From NCBI GenBank assembly GCA_963845065.1, contig CAWJQQ010000003.1:32001-96000 (forward strand): a DNA stretch of 64,000 nucleotides, written 5' to 3'. Below, one piece after another: positions 10,124-20,050 of this stretch. Below the pieces are notes generated by a model. The model searched no databases and was not told the DNA's origin. It worked only from the letters and a program-made list of their open reading frames with translations. The stretch's first letter is position 1, and the number at the start of each line of letters is the position of its first letter. The position numbers were made by a program, and so were the translations under genes. The stretch comes from Nitrospirota bacterium. Its GTDB lineage: Bacteria; Nitrospirota; UBA9217.

Positions 10124-10172
10124 TAGTATTTTGCATTGATATTTAGTCAACAGGCCTGCATGCTTGTAGGTG
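10124..10172. repeat. 49-bp dispersed direct repeat, copy 1 (copy 2 at 11504-11552)
   Basis: TAGTATTTTGCATTGATATTTAGTCAACAGGCCTGCATGCTTGTAGGTG; 40/49 identical to copy 2. Confidence 0.7.
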
Positions 10173-10573
10173 TATCTTACAAAACCTTGCCACTCGTTAT
10201 CATGTTTATCTCCTGGTTGAATTGTGCACTCCCAGATTAACTTCTCTATCCGATAATATTTTTAAGTTGTAGATCAACCGGCTCCCCCTTCTTTATCGGA
10301 CCCAACGGAATATCTCCCTTCATTCTCACATGCTCATTTTTTCTTATCTTCATTTTAATGGCCTCCTCATGCTCGTTTAAATTTTAGGAGTCACCAGAAC
10401 TCCGTATTAACCTATTATTTGTATGGTAGCATGCTACGATATCTCCGATATGATGTTTTAGGCCTAAGATAAAATACTCAGAAATATAGGATGTTCTTAC
10501 AATTACATTTCTGGCAGGCTCTTGGTATAGTGTAATCAAAAGAAGGGAAAAAAACGAAAAGGAGGAAAATAAA

Positions 10574-10810
10574 ATGCTTACATACAAGGGAGATAACAAG
10601 ATAGGAACAGTCGTCATGCTGTTGGCGAGTCCGATTATCGGATTGGTCTACGTGGTCTTTCTACCGTTTATCGGCATAGCGACCTTGGCAGCTGTCGCAG
10701 GTCGTGAGGTTCTGGGCAGCGTGGCAGTCAAGACCATTTCTTTTGGATGGAGGCCTGTGGAGGCGTATTTAGCAGGCAAGAAGAAAGAGAAGAAACATGA
10801 AACCAAGTAG
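10574..10810 (+). CDS. Small membrane protein with WRPVEAYLAG motif
   Basis: AGGAGG RBS, hydrophobic segment, and a C-terminal motif shared with the next gene. Confidence 0.7.
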   Translation: MLTYKGDNKIGTVVMLLASPIIGLVYVVFLPFIGIATLAAVAGREVLGSVAVKTISFGWRPVEAYLAGKKKEKKHETK

Positions 10811-10913
10811 CCGCTCGGCCGCAAGTAACCGGGTACAGCGTTCGCACATCGCATGAAACCAACAAATGAAAGGGTGCAGATGACACCCAATATCTTAAGA
10901 AAGGAGAAAATCC

Positions 10914-11333
10914 ATGTATACGATGGTAGATTTTGTCACTCATGTGAAGGGAATCGAGTATATCCTGTCGCTTCTAGCAATTGCCGGGTTCCTGGTGTTC
11001 TGGGAGAGCCTGAAGCCCAGACCGTTCAGGACCGTGGTCAACACCGGAAAAGAAGATCTGGCGCATATCCAGGAGGCCGGAGGATTGAGGAGCGTAGCGA
11101 AGAGCGCCTGTAGGATAGTAGCCGCGCCGTTCATCGGGATGGCATATATCGTGATGCTGCCGATCGGGTTCTTCATTGTCCTTGCCGCTGCCCTGGTCAA
11201 TCTTGCCATGAAGGGGATAGCGAGCGTCGTGGGGAAGAGTCTGACCTTTGAATGGAGGCCTGTGGAGGCTTATTTGGCAGGCAGGAAGAATAAAAAGAGA
11301 AAGGGCGGTGCCACGAAAGGCTACGTGAAATAG
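10914..11333 (+). CDS. Membrane protein with HmcD-like N-terminus and WRPVEAYLAG motif
   Basis: MYTMVDFVTHVKGIEYILSLLAIAGFLVFW resembles HmcD-type small subunits (from memory); AGGAG RBS. Confidence 0.7.
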   Translation: MYTMVDFVTHVKGIEYILSLLAIAGFLVFWESLKPRPFRTVVNTGKEDLAHIQEAGGLRSVAKSACRIVAAPFIGMAYIVMLPIGFFIVLAAALVNLAMKGIASVVGKSLTFEWRPVEAYLAGRKNKKRKGGATKGYVK

Positions 11334-11503
11334 GTTTCCCTGCCATTAGACTGGAAATTTCATGATAATATAAGAAGGATTATATTTATTACTCCCCATA
11401 TACATTAAGTTGCAAAAAAAGCGTCACCTGCAGTCACCAGGGAGGCTAAATTTTGGGAAATATTATGAATCAGTTACCCCACTTTTTTTTTAAACGTTCC
11501 GCC

Positions 11504-11552
11504 TAGTATTCTTCATTGATTTTTGGTCAACATTACTGCAGGTTTGTAGGTG
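11504..11552. repeat. 49-bp dispersed direct repeat, copy 2
   Basis: TAGTATTCTTCATTGATTTTTGGTCAACATTACTGCAGGTTTGTAGGTG. Confidence 0.7.
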
Positions 11553-11822
11553 GAGACCGCAATTATTAAAAAAGCGTAACTGTCATTGACTTCTTCCTGA
11601 AGGTGTGGAGTTTCCTTTCGTCTCAACAAGCAAGACTACGACCGAAATTAAACACCTGATGCTACCCCTCTCATACCCAATCCAGGGCCATCCCAGGCGA
11701 TTGACATGCCACGGGATTCGGCATATAGGCGTGGCATTGTACGGGATGGTCGCGGATCGGCTTCTCCGGGATCTGGATCGTGAAATACGGGGCGAGCCCT
11801 GGCGTAAACCTCGAAAAGTATA

Positions 11823-11977
11823 TACCGATAGATATATCGCAGGATTCTCGATAAGCTGAAAACCTATCTACCAGTAGATACATCACAGATATATACGGGT
11901 AGATAGAAATATATACCAGTAGATAGCTCTATATACCTATGGATGGCTGGTTCCTTATAGTCAATAACATGTTAGCC
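11823..11977 (+). other. attI-like region: four TACNNNTAGATA direct repeats followed by a GTT crossover
   Basis: Repeats at 11823, 11869, 11894 and 11914, then CAATAACATGTTAGCC, where the cassette begins. Confidence 0.45.
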
Positions 11978-12720
11978 GGAATTGTATGCGGCTTCTCAAT
12001 GGGCGGATCAAGAGACGGAGGGGACACGATGGCCAAACTGATCTATTCCGCGTTTACGTCGCTAGATGGTTATGTTGCGGATGAAACCGGCAACTTCGAT
12101 TGGGCGGAGCTAGATGATGAAGTCCACGCCTTCATTAACAGCCGCGAGAGGCGGATCGGCACCTATCTCTTTGGGCGCAAGATGTACGAGACGGTGGCCG
12201 TGTGGGAGACGCCGGAAGCGCTTTCCCATCTGACGTCAGCCGCGCTGGAATTCGCGCCGATTTGGCAGGCGGCTGAAAAGATCGTGTACTCGACGACGCT
12301 GTAGAGGGTCACTACGGCCAAGACGCGGCTCGAGCGAAGATTTGAGGTGGACGTCGTACGGGAACTCAAGGCAGGGGCGACTCGCGATGTTGCGGTGGGC
12401 GGTCCGACACTCGCAGCGCATGCCATTCGAGCTGGCCTTGTCGACGAATATGACCTACTCATCGCGCCGATCATCGCGGGCGGCGGCAATCTCTATCTGC
12501 CAAGCAAGGTCTCCCTGAAGCTCGAGCTTCTCGATGAATGCACGTTCAACAACGGTTTGGTTCACGTTCGGTACCGAGCGAAGAGCTGACAATGAGGGTG
12601 ACACCGTCCATCTTCATGGCGGGGTACCGGCTAACAAAGCGTTGCACTTGACCGGGTCGGCATCACGGCTTTTCGAGCGATCACGTTCCTTGCAGCCGAC
12701 CCGGCAAGTGAACGCAGTCG
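11972..12720 (+). mobile_element. Integron gene cassette carrying a DHFR/RibD-C family gene
   Basis: Starts G|TTAGCCGG (11971-11979), the exact reverse complement of CCGGCTAAC (12627-12635) at the start of the downstream attC. Confidence 0.8.
12029..12589 (+). pseudogene. Dihydrofolate reductase / RibD C-terminal family protein with an in-frame TAG at 12302-12304
   Basis: MAKLIYSAFTSLDGYVAD...GRKMYE...STTL*RVTTAKTRLER...GGPTLAAHAIRAGLVDEY; both halves are in one frame. Confidence 0.85.
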
Positions 12721-12726
12721 TTAAAA
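12629..12726 (+). other. Integron attC site
   Basis: GGCTAAC-AAAGCGTTGCACTTGACCGGGTCGGC...GCCGACCCGGCAAGTGAACGCAGTC-GTTAAAA; imperfect palindrome with extrahelical bases. Confidence 0.88.
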
Positions 12727-12785
12727 TGTAAAAAGATCTCAAAATTTCATCGGACGTCAAATTATATCTAAGTCCTGAGGGAACA

Positions 12786-13739
12786 ATGCCATACAAGCAC
12801 TTATTTTTTTTCAGAAATAAACGAGAGATGCTTTTTTTGCCCCTTTCTGTCCTGTTTTTGATTCTGCTATCAGTTCCTGCTGCGATTGCGGAAGTATCGA
12901 GTAATCCTACTCAGACAACAGGAAGAAATGACGATAGCTTGGTTTCTGCTCCTGCTTCCACGGTCATATGCAGCTGCCCCACGACAACCCAATACGCGAA
13001 GAGCAACCTTTTTACGCTTCAGCCGTATAAGCCTGTATATGCCATCGTTGCGTATAACTGGACGCTGAGCAATGGAGTTAGCGGTGTCCAGAACGGGGAA
13101 ATGCAATTTCAGTTGAGCTTTAAAATCCCTTTGGCGAACATCCCCTGGGCAAATGGACAGTTTGCCTTCGGGTATACCCAGGTCTCTTTTTGGCAGATAT
13201 TCAGCAACTCTCCCTATTTCCGCGAAACAAACTATGCGCCGGAGTTCATGAGCTATTTTGATTACAAGACAACAGCCGTAGGACTGAATAATATCCACAC
13301 GACATTTGGTCTCCTCCACCAGTCAAACGGCAGGGGCGGGGAAGAAGAGCGGAGCTGGAACCGAGTGTATACCGAGGTCTTGCTCGAGTGGGACCATTTT
13401 TTTCTGGGTCTGAAGCCATGGTACCGTATTCCGGAGCAGCAAAAGAGCTCGCCAACGGATGCACGGGGCGATGATAATCCTGATATCGAACGGTACCTAG
13501 GTTATGGAGAGCTTACCGCGGGATACCAGAACAAGGGGTGGTCTCTTCAGCTGACTGCCCGCAACAACCTTCTCGGCAGCCAGAACAACGGATCGACCCA
13601 GCTTGATCTAACCTTACCGATTTGGCATGACGCCAAGTTTTATATTCAGGTGTTTGAGGGATATGGCTTGGATTTGATCGATTATAACCGGCGCATAACG
13701 CACATTGGCTGTGGAGTGTTGCTTGCAAAGTGGCCGTGA
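12786..13739 (+). CDS. pldA: Outer membrane phospholipase A
   Basis: FQLSFK, FGYTQVSFWQ, PYFRETNYAPE, catalytic HQSNG, RSWNRVY, GYGLDLIDYN; signal peptide. Confidence 0.9.
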   Translation: MPYKHLFFFRNKREMLFLPLSVLFLILLSVPAAIAEVSSNPTQTTGRNDDSLVSAPASTVICSCPTTTQYAKSNLFTLQPYKPVYAIVAYNWTLSNGVSGVQNGEMQFQLSFKIPLANIPWANGQFAFGYTQVSFWQIFSNSPYFRETNYAPEFMSYFDYKTTAVGLNNIHTTFGLLHQSNGRGGEEERSWNRVYTEVLLEWDHFFLGLKPWYRIPEQQKSSPTDARGDDNPDIERYLGYGELTAGYQNKGWSLQLTARNNLLGSQNNGSTQLDLTLPIWHDAKFYIQVFEGYGLDLIDYNRRITHIGCGVLLAKWP

Positions 13740-13753
13740 TTCCCGAAATGTCC

Positions 13754-14625
13754 AGGTCAGCAAGGAGAGCATAGATTTCTTTACCTTGCAGATCAAAGCA
13801 CTCGAATCCGTTGTGGGAGAGCGGGTAGCTCTGCGGGAGCCGTACAACAAGCTTATGACGGAACCTGGCATTGGCAAGATCCTGGGCCTGACGATTATGC
13901 TGGAGACTGGCCTATCGATCGATTTGCCGATGTTGGGAATTTTGTATCGTACTGTCGAAAGGTTTCGACCGTTTGGATCAGCAACGAGAAGCAAAAGGGC
14001 AAAGGGAACAGGTAGTGCGGTAACAAGTATCTTGCCTGGGCATTCTCAGAAGCAGCAGAACTAGCGCGTCGATTTGATAAGGACGCACGAGCCTATTACA
14101 ACAGCAAAGCGCAGAAGACGAACAGGATGGTGGCGCATAATGCCCTTGCTCATAAGCTAGCGAGAGCGGCTTATTACATCATGCGGGACGGTGTGTCGTT
14201 CATGCCGGGAAAGTGCTTTGGGTGAAAGATGGCTGGGGCGGTGAACCAGCAATAGGACTGGCAAACCCATTAGAAATGATTGGCAATCCGCCCCACCCGT
14301 AGTATATATCGTTATCAGTATCTTTGCTGCCCGTGCCGTGAACTATTACAGGACTGGTCAATAACCATAAGAAATAAAAAACCCCTTGGGCGCGGCAAGG
14401 AGCCGAAGATTTTCTGGTCCACCGACGGTGGAAAGGGTCATGGAGATATCCTGCAGTACCAATGACCTTAATCCTAATGGGTGTCTGATGCAGTGAAGTA
14501 TTGACATCGAATTAAATGAAATTGCGGCAATGGTGAGGATGATGGTAACGAAAAGGCTCGACGAGAAAATAAATTTTCTCGTCACAAGATAGCTATTTTC
14601 ACTTGACAGTGCCCATAAATGGATG
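13754..14625 (+). mobile_element. IS110/IS1111-family element, 3' half (copy 1)
   Basis: 872 bp near-identical to 19207..20078, including the same frameshift, the 3' non-coding region and the right end. Confidence 0.9.
14228..14600 (+). ncRNA. Putative bridge/seek RNA of IS1111 copy 1
   Basis: Structured 3' non-coding region with segments AATAGGAC (14251) and TAGAAATG (14271) matching the insertion target. Boundaries approximate. Confidence 0.65.
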
Positions 14626-15235
14626 TCCTATTTTAGGTTACAATACCCTGACGTAATTGGAGGGTACTGTGACGGAAAAGGACATGATCACCATGAGCAG
14701 GAGAGAGACAAAAAGACTGCACATTATCCACCAAGCAATGGATAAGAGGATCACCCAGGAGAAAACAGCGGAGCTTATAGGTTTGAGCGGCAGACAGCTT
14801 CGGCGGATGCTCAAGCGTGTACGGGAGGAAGGAGATGATGGCATTAGCCACCGATCCCGCGGCAAGATCTCGCATCGTCGTGTCCCCCAGAAGATCAAAG
14901 AGAAGACACTTAAGCTGTTTAGGGAGAAGTACAGTGATTTTGGCCCTACCTTTGCCAGCGAGAAGCTTCTTGATGTTCATGAAATCAAGGTAAGCAAAGA
15001 AACTCTTCGTCTATGGCTGAATAAGGAAGATATCCCCTATGCGAAGCGCAAAGGGAGAAAGCACCGGCAGTGGCGCGAGAGAAAGCATCATTTGGGAGAA
15101 ATGGTCCAGATGGATGGTTCCCATCATGACTGGTTCGAAGGCCGGGGTCCTGAATGTGTATTAATGGGATATATCGATGATGCCACAGGAACGGTGTCGG
15201 GACGTTTTTATGACTATGAGTGGACCATGCCGCGC
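14626..15235 (+). pseudogene. IS1202-family (formerly ISNCY) transposase, 3'-truncated, with remnant left end
   Basis: MSRRETKRLHIIHQ...FGPTFASEKL...GEMVQMDGSHHDWFEGRG...IDDATG; homology ends near 15230. Confidence 0.82.
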
Positions 15236-15510
15236 ATAATGTTGTACACAGAATTACGAAAACTGTTAATACAAAAAACACGGGCATACGCCCGAAAGGT
15301 CTTCAGGACATGAAGCATGTTCCTTTGTTTGAGCGACGGATCACTTTTTCAGTTTCCTCCGCTGAAAAAAAAGAACATGCGCATTTGATATACTAGAACT
15401 AATTTTATTATAGCATATGCGGCGAAATGCACTATCGTGCACTATGGTAAGAGTAATTGCAATGATGTTTCCTTCGACGACCGTAGCTACGAGCAAAGGA
15501 GAACCATCAT

Positions 15511-16527
15511 ATGGATCTAAAGACATTGAAGAAAAATGCCAGAGAAAAACTGGAGGGCTATTGTCATGTATGTCCGGTCTGTGACGGCCGCGCTTGTGCC
15601 GGGGAAGTGCCGGGCATGGGCGGCGTGGGAACGGGTAGGTCGTTCATGGCTAATCTCGAGGCTCTGGCAAAATATCGGTTAAATATGCGCACCATTCATG
15701 CAGTCAGGACACCTGACACGTCGCTGGAGCTGTGGGGTGAGAAGCTCGCGCTTCCCGTTCTTGCAGCACCGATGACCGGGACCCCCTATAATATGGGCGG
15801 CAAAATGACGGAGCAGGAATTCATCGAAGAGATCGTATCCGGTTCATTGCTTACGGGCACACTGAGCATGACGGGAGACGGTGCAGACCCTTCAATGTAT
15901 GAGAGCGGTTTGAAATCCGGCGCAGCGCACAAGGGGAGGACCATTGCCATCATAAAGCCGAGGTCGCAGGAGGAGATCATCAGGTATCTTGACCTCGCTG
16001 ATGCAGCCGGTGTCTTGGCTGTAGGCATGGATATCGACGGCGCTGGCCTCGTCACGATGGCGATGAAAGGTCAGCCGGTCAGTCCCAAAACATTGGCAGA
16101 AGTTAAAGAAGTCGTGTCTGCGACTAAGTTGCCGTTCATTCTGAAAGGAATCATGACTCCTGAGGAGGCGGAACTGGCAGTTGAAGCAAAAGCTGCCGCC
16201 ATCGTCGTGTCAAATCACGGAGGCCGCGTCATGGATTTCACTCCCGGAACTGCCGAAGTCCTTCCCCAGATCGCAGACCGGGTACGCGGCAAAATTTTTA
16301 TCTTTGCCGATGGAGGCGTCCGAAGCGGCGCCGACGTTCTTAAGATGCTTGCTTTAGGCGCCGACGCGGTTCTCATCGGAAGACCGTTGGCGATCTACGC
16401 GTTCGGCAGCGGGCGTGAAGGCGTCGCCATGCTGTTGAATACCATGAAGAATGAACTCATCCAAAGTATGCTCTTGACCGGTTCGGCAGATGTAAAAAAA
16501 ATATCTAGAGATATTCTTTTACTCTAA
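15511..16527 (+). CDS. FMN-dependent alpha-hydroxy-acid oxidase/dehydrogenase
   Basis: CHVCPVCDGRAC N-terminus, ILKGIM, VSNHGGR, DGGVRSGADVLK, IGRP. Confidence 0.92.
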   Translation: MDLKTLKKNAREKLEGYCHVCPVCDGRACAGEVPGMGGVGTGRSFMANLEALAKYRLNMRTIHAVRTPDTSLELWGEKLALPVLAAPMTGTPYNMGGKMTEQEFIEEIVSGSLLTGTLSMTGDGADPSMYESGLKSGAAHKGRTIAIIKPRSQEEIIRYLDLADAAGVLAVGMDIDGAGLVTMAMKGQPVSPKTLAEVKEVVSATKLPFILKGIMTPEEAELAVEAKAAAIVVSNHGGRVMDFTPGTAEVLPQIADRVRGKIFIFADGGVRSGADVLKMLALGADAVLIGRPLAIYAFGSGREGVAMLLNTMKNELIQSMLLTGSADVKKISRDILLL

Positions 16528-17200
16528 GAGTCTGTCGAACTTGTGATAGCAAATCCAGCATTATAAGTTAACGGACTGCTCAGAAGCAGCCAATCATTTC
16601 AGCTTTTTCATCGGTGACGTGACTAAAAAGCAGATTATTTGTTCTTTCTTAACGCTTTCGGATCAAGGCATGCAGCCTTTTCAGGTTCCAGGCGATGCAA
16701 ACCAGATCCCACTCCCCTTGTGCGGATTGGTAACCGAGAAGCAGGAACCTCCGGAACCCCATGACCGCCTTGATGATGCAAAAAAGACAGGTTCAACCGT
16801 ACTCTTGCGCTTGGCATAGAGTTTTTTACCTGCTTGGGTCAGGAGCCGGTGCTTCATCCTGGTAACTGCATCGACATAATCCGATATGGGTGAGGGTTCT
16901 CTGAACCGTTCCATGAGCGGTTGATTATGCTGTTCCCTGCCGAAGGCAATGTACGGTTTTATCTTGCGCTTCTCACACAGGACAACATTGTCTTCACTGA
17001 AGTAGCCACTGTCGGCAAGAAGCGCATCAACGGTACCGAATGATTCTGGTAATGCCGCAAGATCATTGAGTGCCGGTTCAAGCTGCTGTTTACCGTTGGG
17101 TTGCTGGCTTACGTTATTGGTGACGATCAGCAGTGAATCGATATCCACGCCTGCTTTGGCATTGTATGCTTGTTCGAAACCACCACCGGACTTTTTCATG
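16528..17200 (-). pseudogene. IS1182-family transposase C-terminal remnant with right end
   Basis: GGFEQAYNA...LADSGYFSE...YAKRKSTVEPVF, frameshifted; terminus GAGTCTGTCGAACTT abuts the upstream gene's stop codon. Confidence 0.8.
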
Positions 17201-17218
17201 AATACTCAATCGGAACCG

Positions 17219-17491
17219 TGTAATCCCAAAATGATAATGTCCTATTCTACCAAAGTAGAAGTGTCCTATTTTAAGATATTAAGACAGTTGTTCAAATGTC
17301 AGGGGAGCCTGCATTAATGCACCTGCAAATGCTCTACGTATCGTAAACGACATAAAAGTAGTGCTAACAGAGCTTGATTGCCATGAGATCCTTAAAAAGT
17401 TCAGTTTGAGTACGGCTAGAGGCGCTTTTAATGTAAAAGAAGCGGACATTTCTATTTTGGTGTGATAGGACAGTTCTACTTTGGGACAACA
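17219..17491. mobile_element. Non-autonomous IS1202-family MITE (273 bp)
   Basis: TGT...ACA termini with internal AAA(G/A)TAGAANTGTCC repeats, and a 16-bp TSD TACTCAATCGGAACCG at 17203-17218 and 17492-17507. Confidence 0.85.
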
Positions 17492-17626
17492 TACTCAATC
17501 GGAACCGTTGACAACTCAGGGCATCAAGCATATATTCATCCATGATACTTTGTGCGGTGGGTCAACTATGTATTGTGAAGATATTAGAATTCGCATTCCG
17601 GAATTATAATTGACGGGAGGTACTCT

Positions 17627-18106
17627 ATGTCAACAGACGATAAAGGAGCTATTGGACCGGACGCTTTGACTGGAGAATATATTGCGATTGACTATAAGGC
17701 GCTTGGGTCCAAAATCAAGCACATTCGGGGTACTGCTACTCAGGCGGACTTCGCCAAACAATTCGGTATAACGCGGGTTGAGGTCAGCAAGATCGAGCGA
17801 GGTGAAGTCCGGCCGACTGCTGAGCTGCTTTATAATATTTGTTTGAAAAATCATTTCAGCCTTGAGTGGATGTTGTCCGGTCACGAGCCCTCACCTGAGT
17901 CCGCACAAGAAGAACTTTTTAAAGAAGAGCCTGTAAAAGCTGCGCTAGTGAAAGAGGATCCACCGGCAGTGTGCGCAACGCCGATCCTTGAAATAACCGA
18001 CATGATCGAATGGTTCAGGCTGCACCCAGAAGACCTGTGCTTGGTCAATAAAATGATTCAGGGCAAGAAACTTATGCTGGATTCAATGAAGGAGCTGGAG
18101 AAATAA
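17627..18106 (+). CDS. XRE-family helix-turn-helix transcriptional regulator
   Basis: LGSKIKHIRGTATQADFAKQFGITRVEVSKIERGEVRP...SLEWMLSG; GGAGG RBS. Confidence 0.85.
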   Translation: MSTDDKGAIGPDALTGEYIAIDYKALGSKIKHIRGTATQADFAKQFGITRVEVSKIERGEVRPTAELLYNICLKNHFSLEWMLSGHEPSPESAQEELFKEEPVKAALVKEDPPAVCATPILEITDMIEWFRLHPEDLCLVNKMIQGKKLMLDSMKELEK

Positions 18107-18659
18107 TAGATAAGTTACCTGCCTCGTGTTCATCGGGCGAAGAAGAATGATGCGCATCTTGTGCAATTTACACCTGTATTTGATGATTGTTTAGCCTGAT
18201 CGAAATTACGGACTTGTAGATACATACTATATCGCTCCTGTCAAGAGCCAAGAGAAAATTGAGTATGTTCGATAAGATGTATATCCGAGTCGCTTACAAG
18301 GTACAGCTCTCCTTTCGGTATTTCTACCGTCATTGCTTTTATCGGTGAGTCTCTCACATCCAGACGAACGATATCTCTAATAGTTATTGCTATCCGGTGT
18401 GCCGCGCTTTCGCTCTGGCCACCTAGAATATCTTATCCAGATTCTATCGTTCAACTTTCACTCCGTCTATTACCACATACACATGCAATATCCCATCAAC
18501 ATATCCCATCGACTTCATGTAATCCTAAAAAATGATAATGTCCTCTTCCGCCAAAGTAGAAGTGATAATCATATAAATGGCACCTCCGAGCATAGCAGAA
18601 TCGTAAGATTTTGCTATGCTCATAGGAAAAGAGACCAATCTTAACCCTGGAGGTGCTGT

Positions 18660-19678
18660 ATGAGATTATACGCTGGCTGTGATCTGCATTCAAGCAACAC
18701 CTATCTTGGCATCATCGATGAGGATGGCAAACGAGTATTCAAGAAGAAGTTATCAAACGATCGTGAAGTCATCCTGAACACACTGGCGCCATACAAAGAC
18801 AGTATCGTAGGCATCGTCGTGGAATCGACGTATAACTGGTACTGGCTAGTCGATATCCTGACGGAAGAGGGCTACAAGGTGCATTTTGCAAACACTACGA
18901 AGATCCAGGAATACTCTGGACTCAAGTATGCGGACGATCAACACGACGCCTTCTGGCTGGCCGAGATGCTCCGGCTTGGTATTCTCCCGGAGGGATATAT
19001 CTATCCGAAAGAAGATCGACCGATTCGAGATTTACTCAGGAAGCGAAGTCATTTAGTACGTCTTCGAACATCGCTGATTTTAAGTCTTCAGAACATTCTT
19101 AGCCGTAACAATGGAGTCAAACTGAAGGCGAATGCTGTCAAGGCATTAACCATCGATCATGTAACTCCCTATCTTGCCGACAACGAGGATCTAGCGTTGG
19201 CAGGAAAGGTCAGCAAGGAGAGCATAGATTTCTTTACCTTGCAGATCAAAGCACTCGAATCCGTTGTGGGAGAGCGGGTAGCTCTGCGGGAGCCGTACAA
19301 TAAGCTTATGACGGAACCTGGCATTGGCAAGATCCTGGGCCTGACGATTATGCTGGAGACTGGCCTATCGATCGATTTGCCGATGTTGGTAATTTTGTAT
19401 CGTACTGTCGAAAGGTTTCGACCGTTTGGATCAGCAACGAGAAGCAAAAGGGCAAAGGGAACAGGAAGTGCGGTAACAAGTATCTTGCCTGGGCATTCTC
19501 AGAAGCAGCAGAACTAGCGCGTCGATTTGATAAGGACGCACGAGCCTATTACAACAGCAAAGCGCAGAAGACGAACAGGATGGTGGCGCATAATGCCCTT
19601 GCTCATAAGCTAGCGAGAGCGGCTTATTACATCATGCGGGACGGTGTGTCGTTCATGCCGGGAAAGTGCTTTGGGTGA
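18660..19678 (+). pseudogene. IS110-family DEDD recombinase, frameshifted near 19365
   Basis: GCDLHS...VESTYNW...DQHDAFWLA...PGIGKIL. After the shift it continues ...NEKQKGKGNRKCGNKYLAWAF...ALAHKLARAAYY...FG*. Confidence 0.88.
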
Positions 19679-19680
19679 AA

Positions 19681-20050
19681 GATGGCTGGGGCGGTGAACC
19701 ATCAATAGGACTGGCAAATCCATCAGAAGTGATTGGTAATCCGCCCCACCCGTAGTATATATCGTTATCAGTATCTTTGCTGCCCGTGCCGTGAACTATT
19801 ACAGGACTGGTCAATAACCATAAGAAATGAAAAACCCCTTGGGCGCGGCAAGGAGCCGAAGATTTTCTGGTCCACCGACGGTGGAAAGGGTCTTGGAGAT
19901 ATCATTCAGTACCAATGACCTTAATCCTGATGGGTGTCTGATGCAGTGAAGTATTGACATCGAATTAAATGAAATTGCGGCAATGGTGAGGATGATGGTA
20001 ACGAAAAGGCTCGACGAGAAAATAAATTTTCTCGTTACAAGATAGCTATT
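19681..20050 (+). ncRNA. Putative bridge/seek RNA of IS1111 copy 2
   Basis: Target-matching AATAGGAC (19704) and AGAAGTG (19725); a second similar loop at 19800-19829; donor-like GATTTTC (19861) and ATGGGTG (19930). Boundaries approximate. Confidence 0.7.

Noticed and set aside
11823..11925. Short direct repeats as a CRISPR array
   Set aside because: Repeats are 12 bp, imperfect and irregularly spaced; no cas genes.
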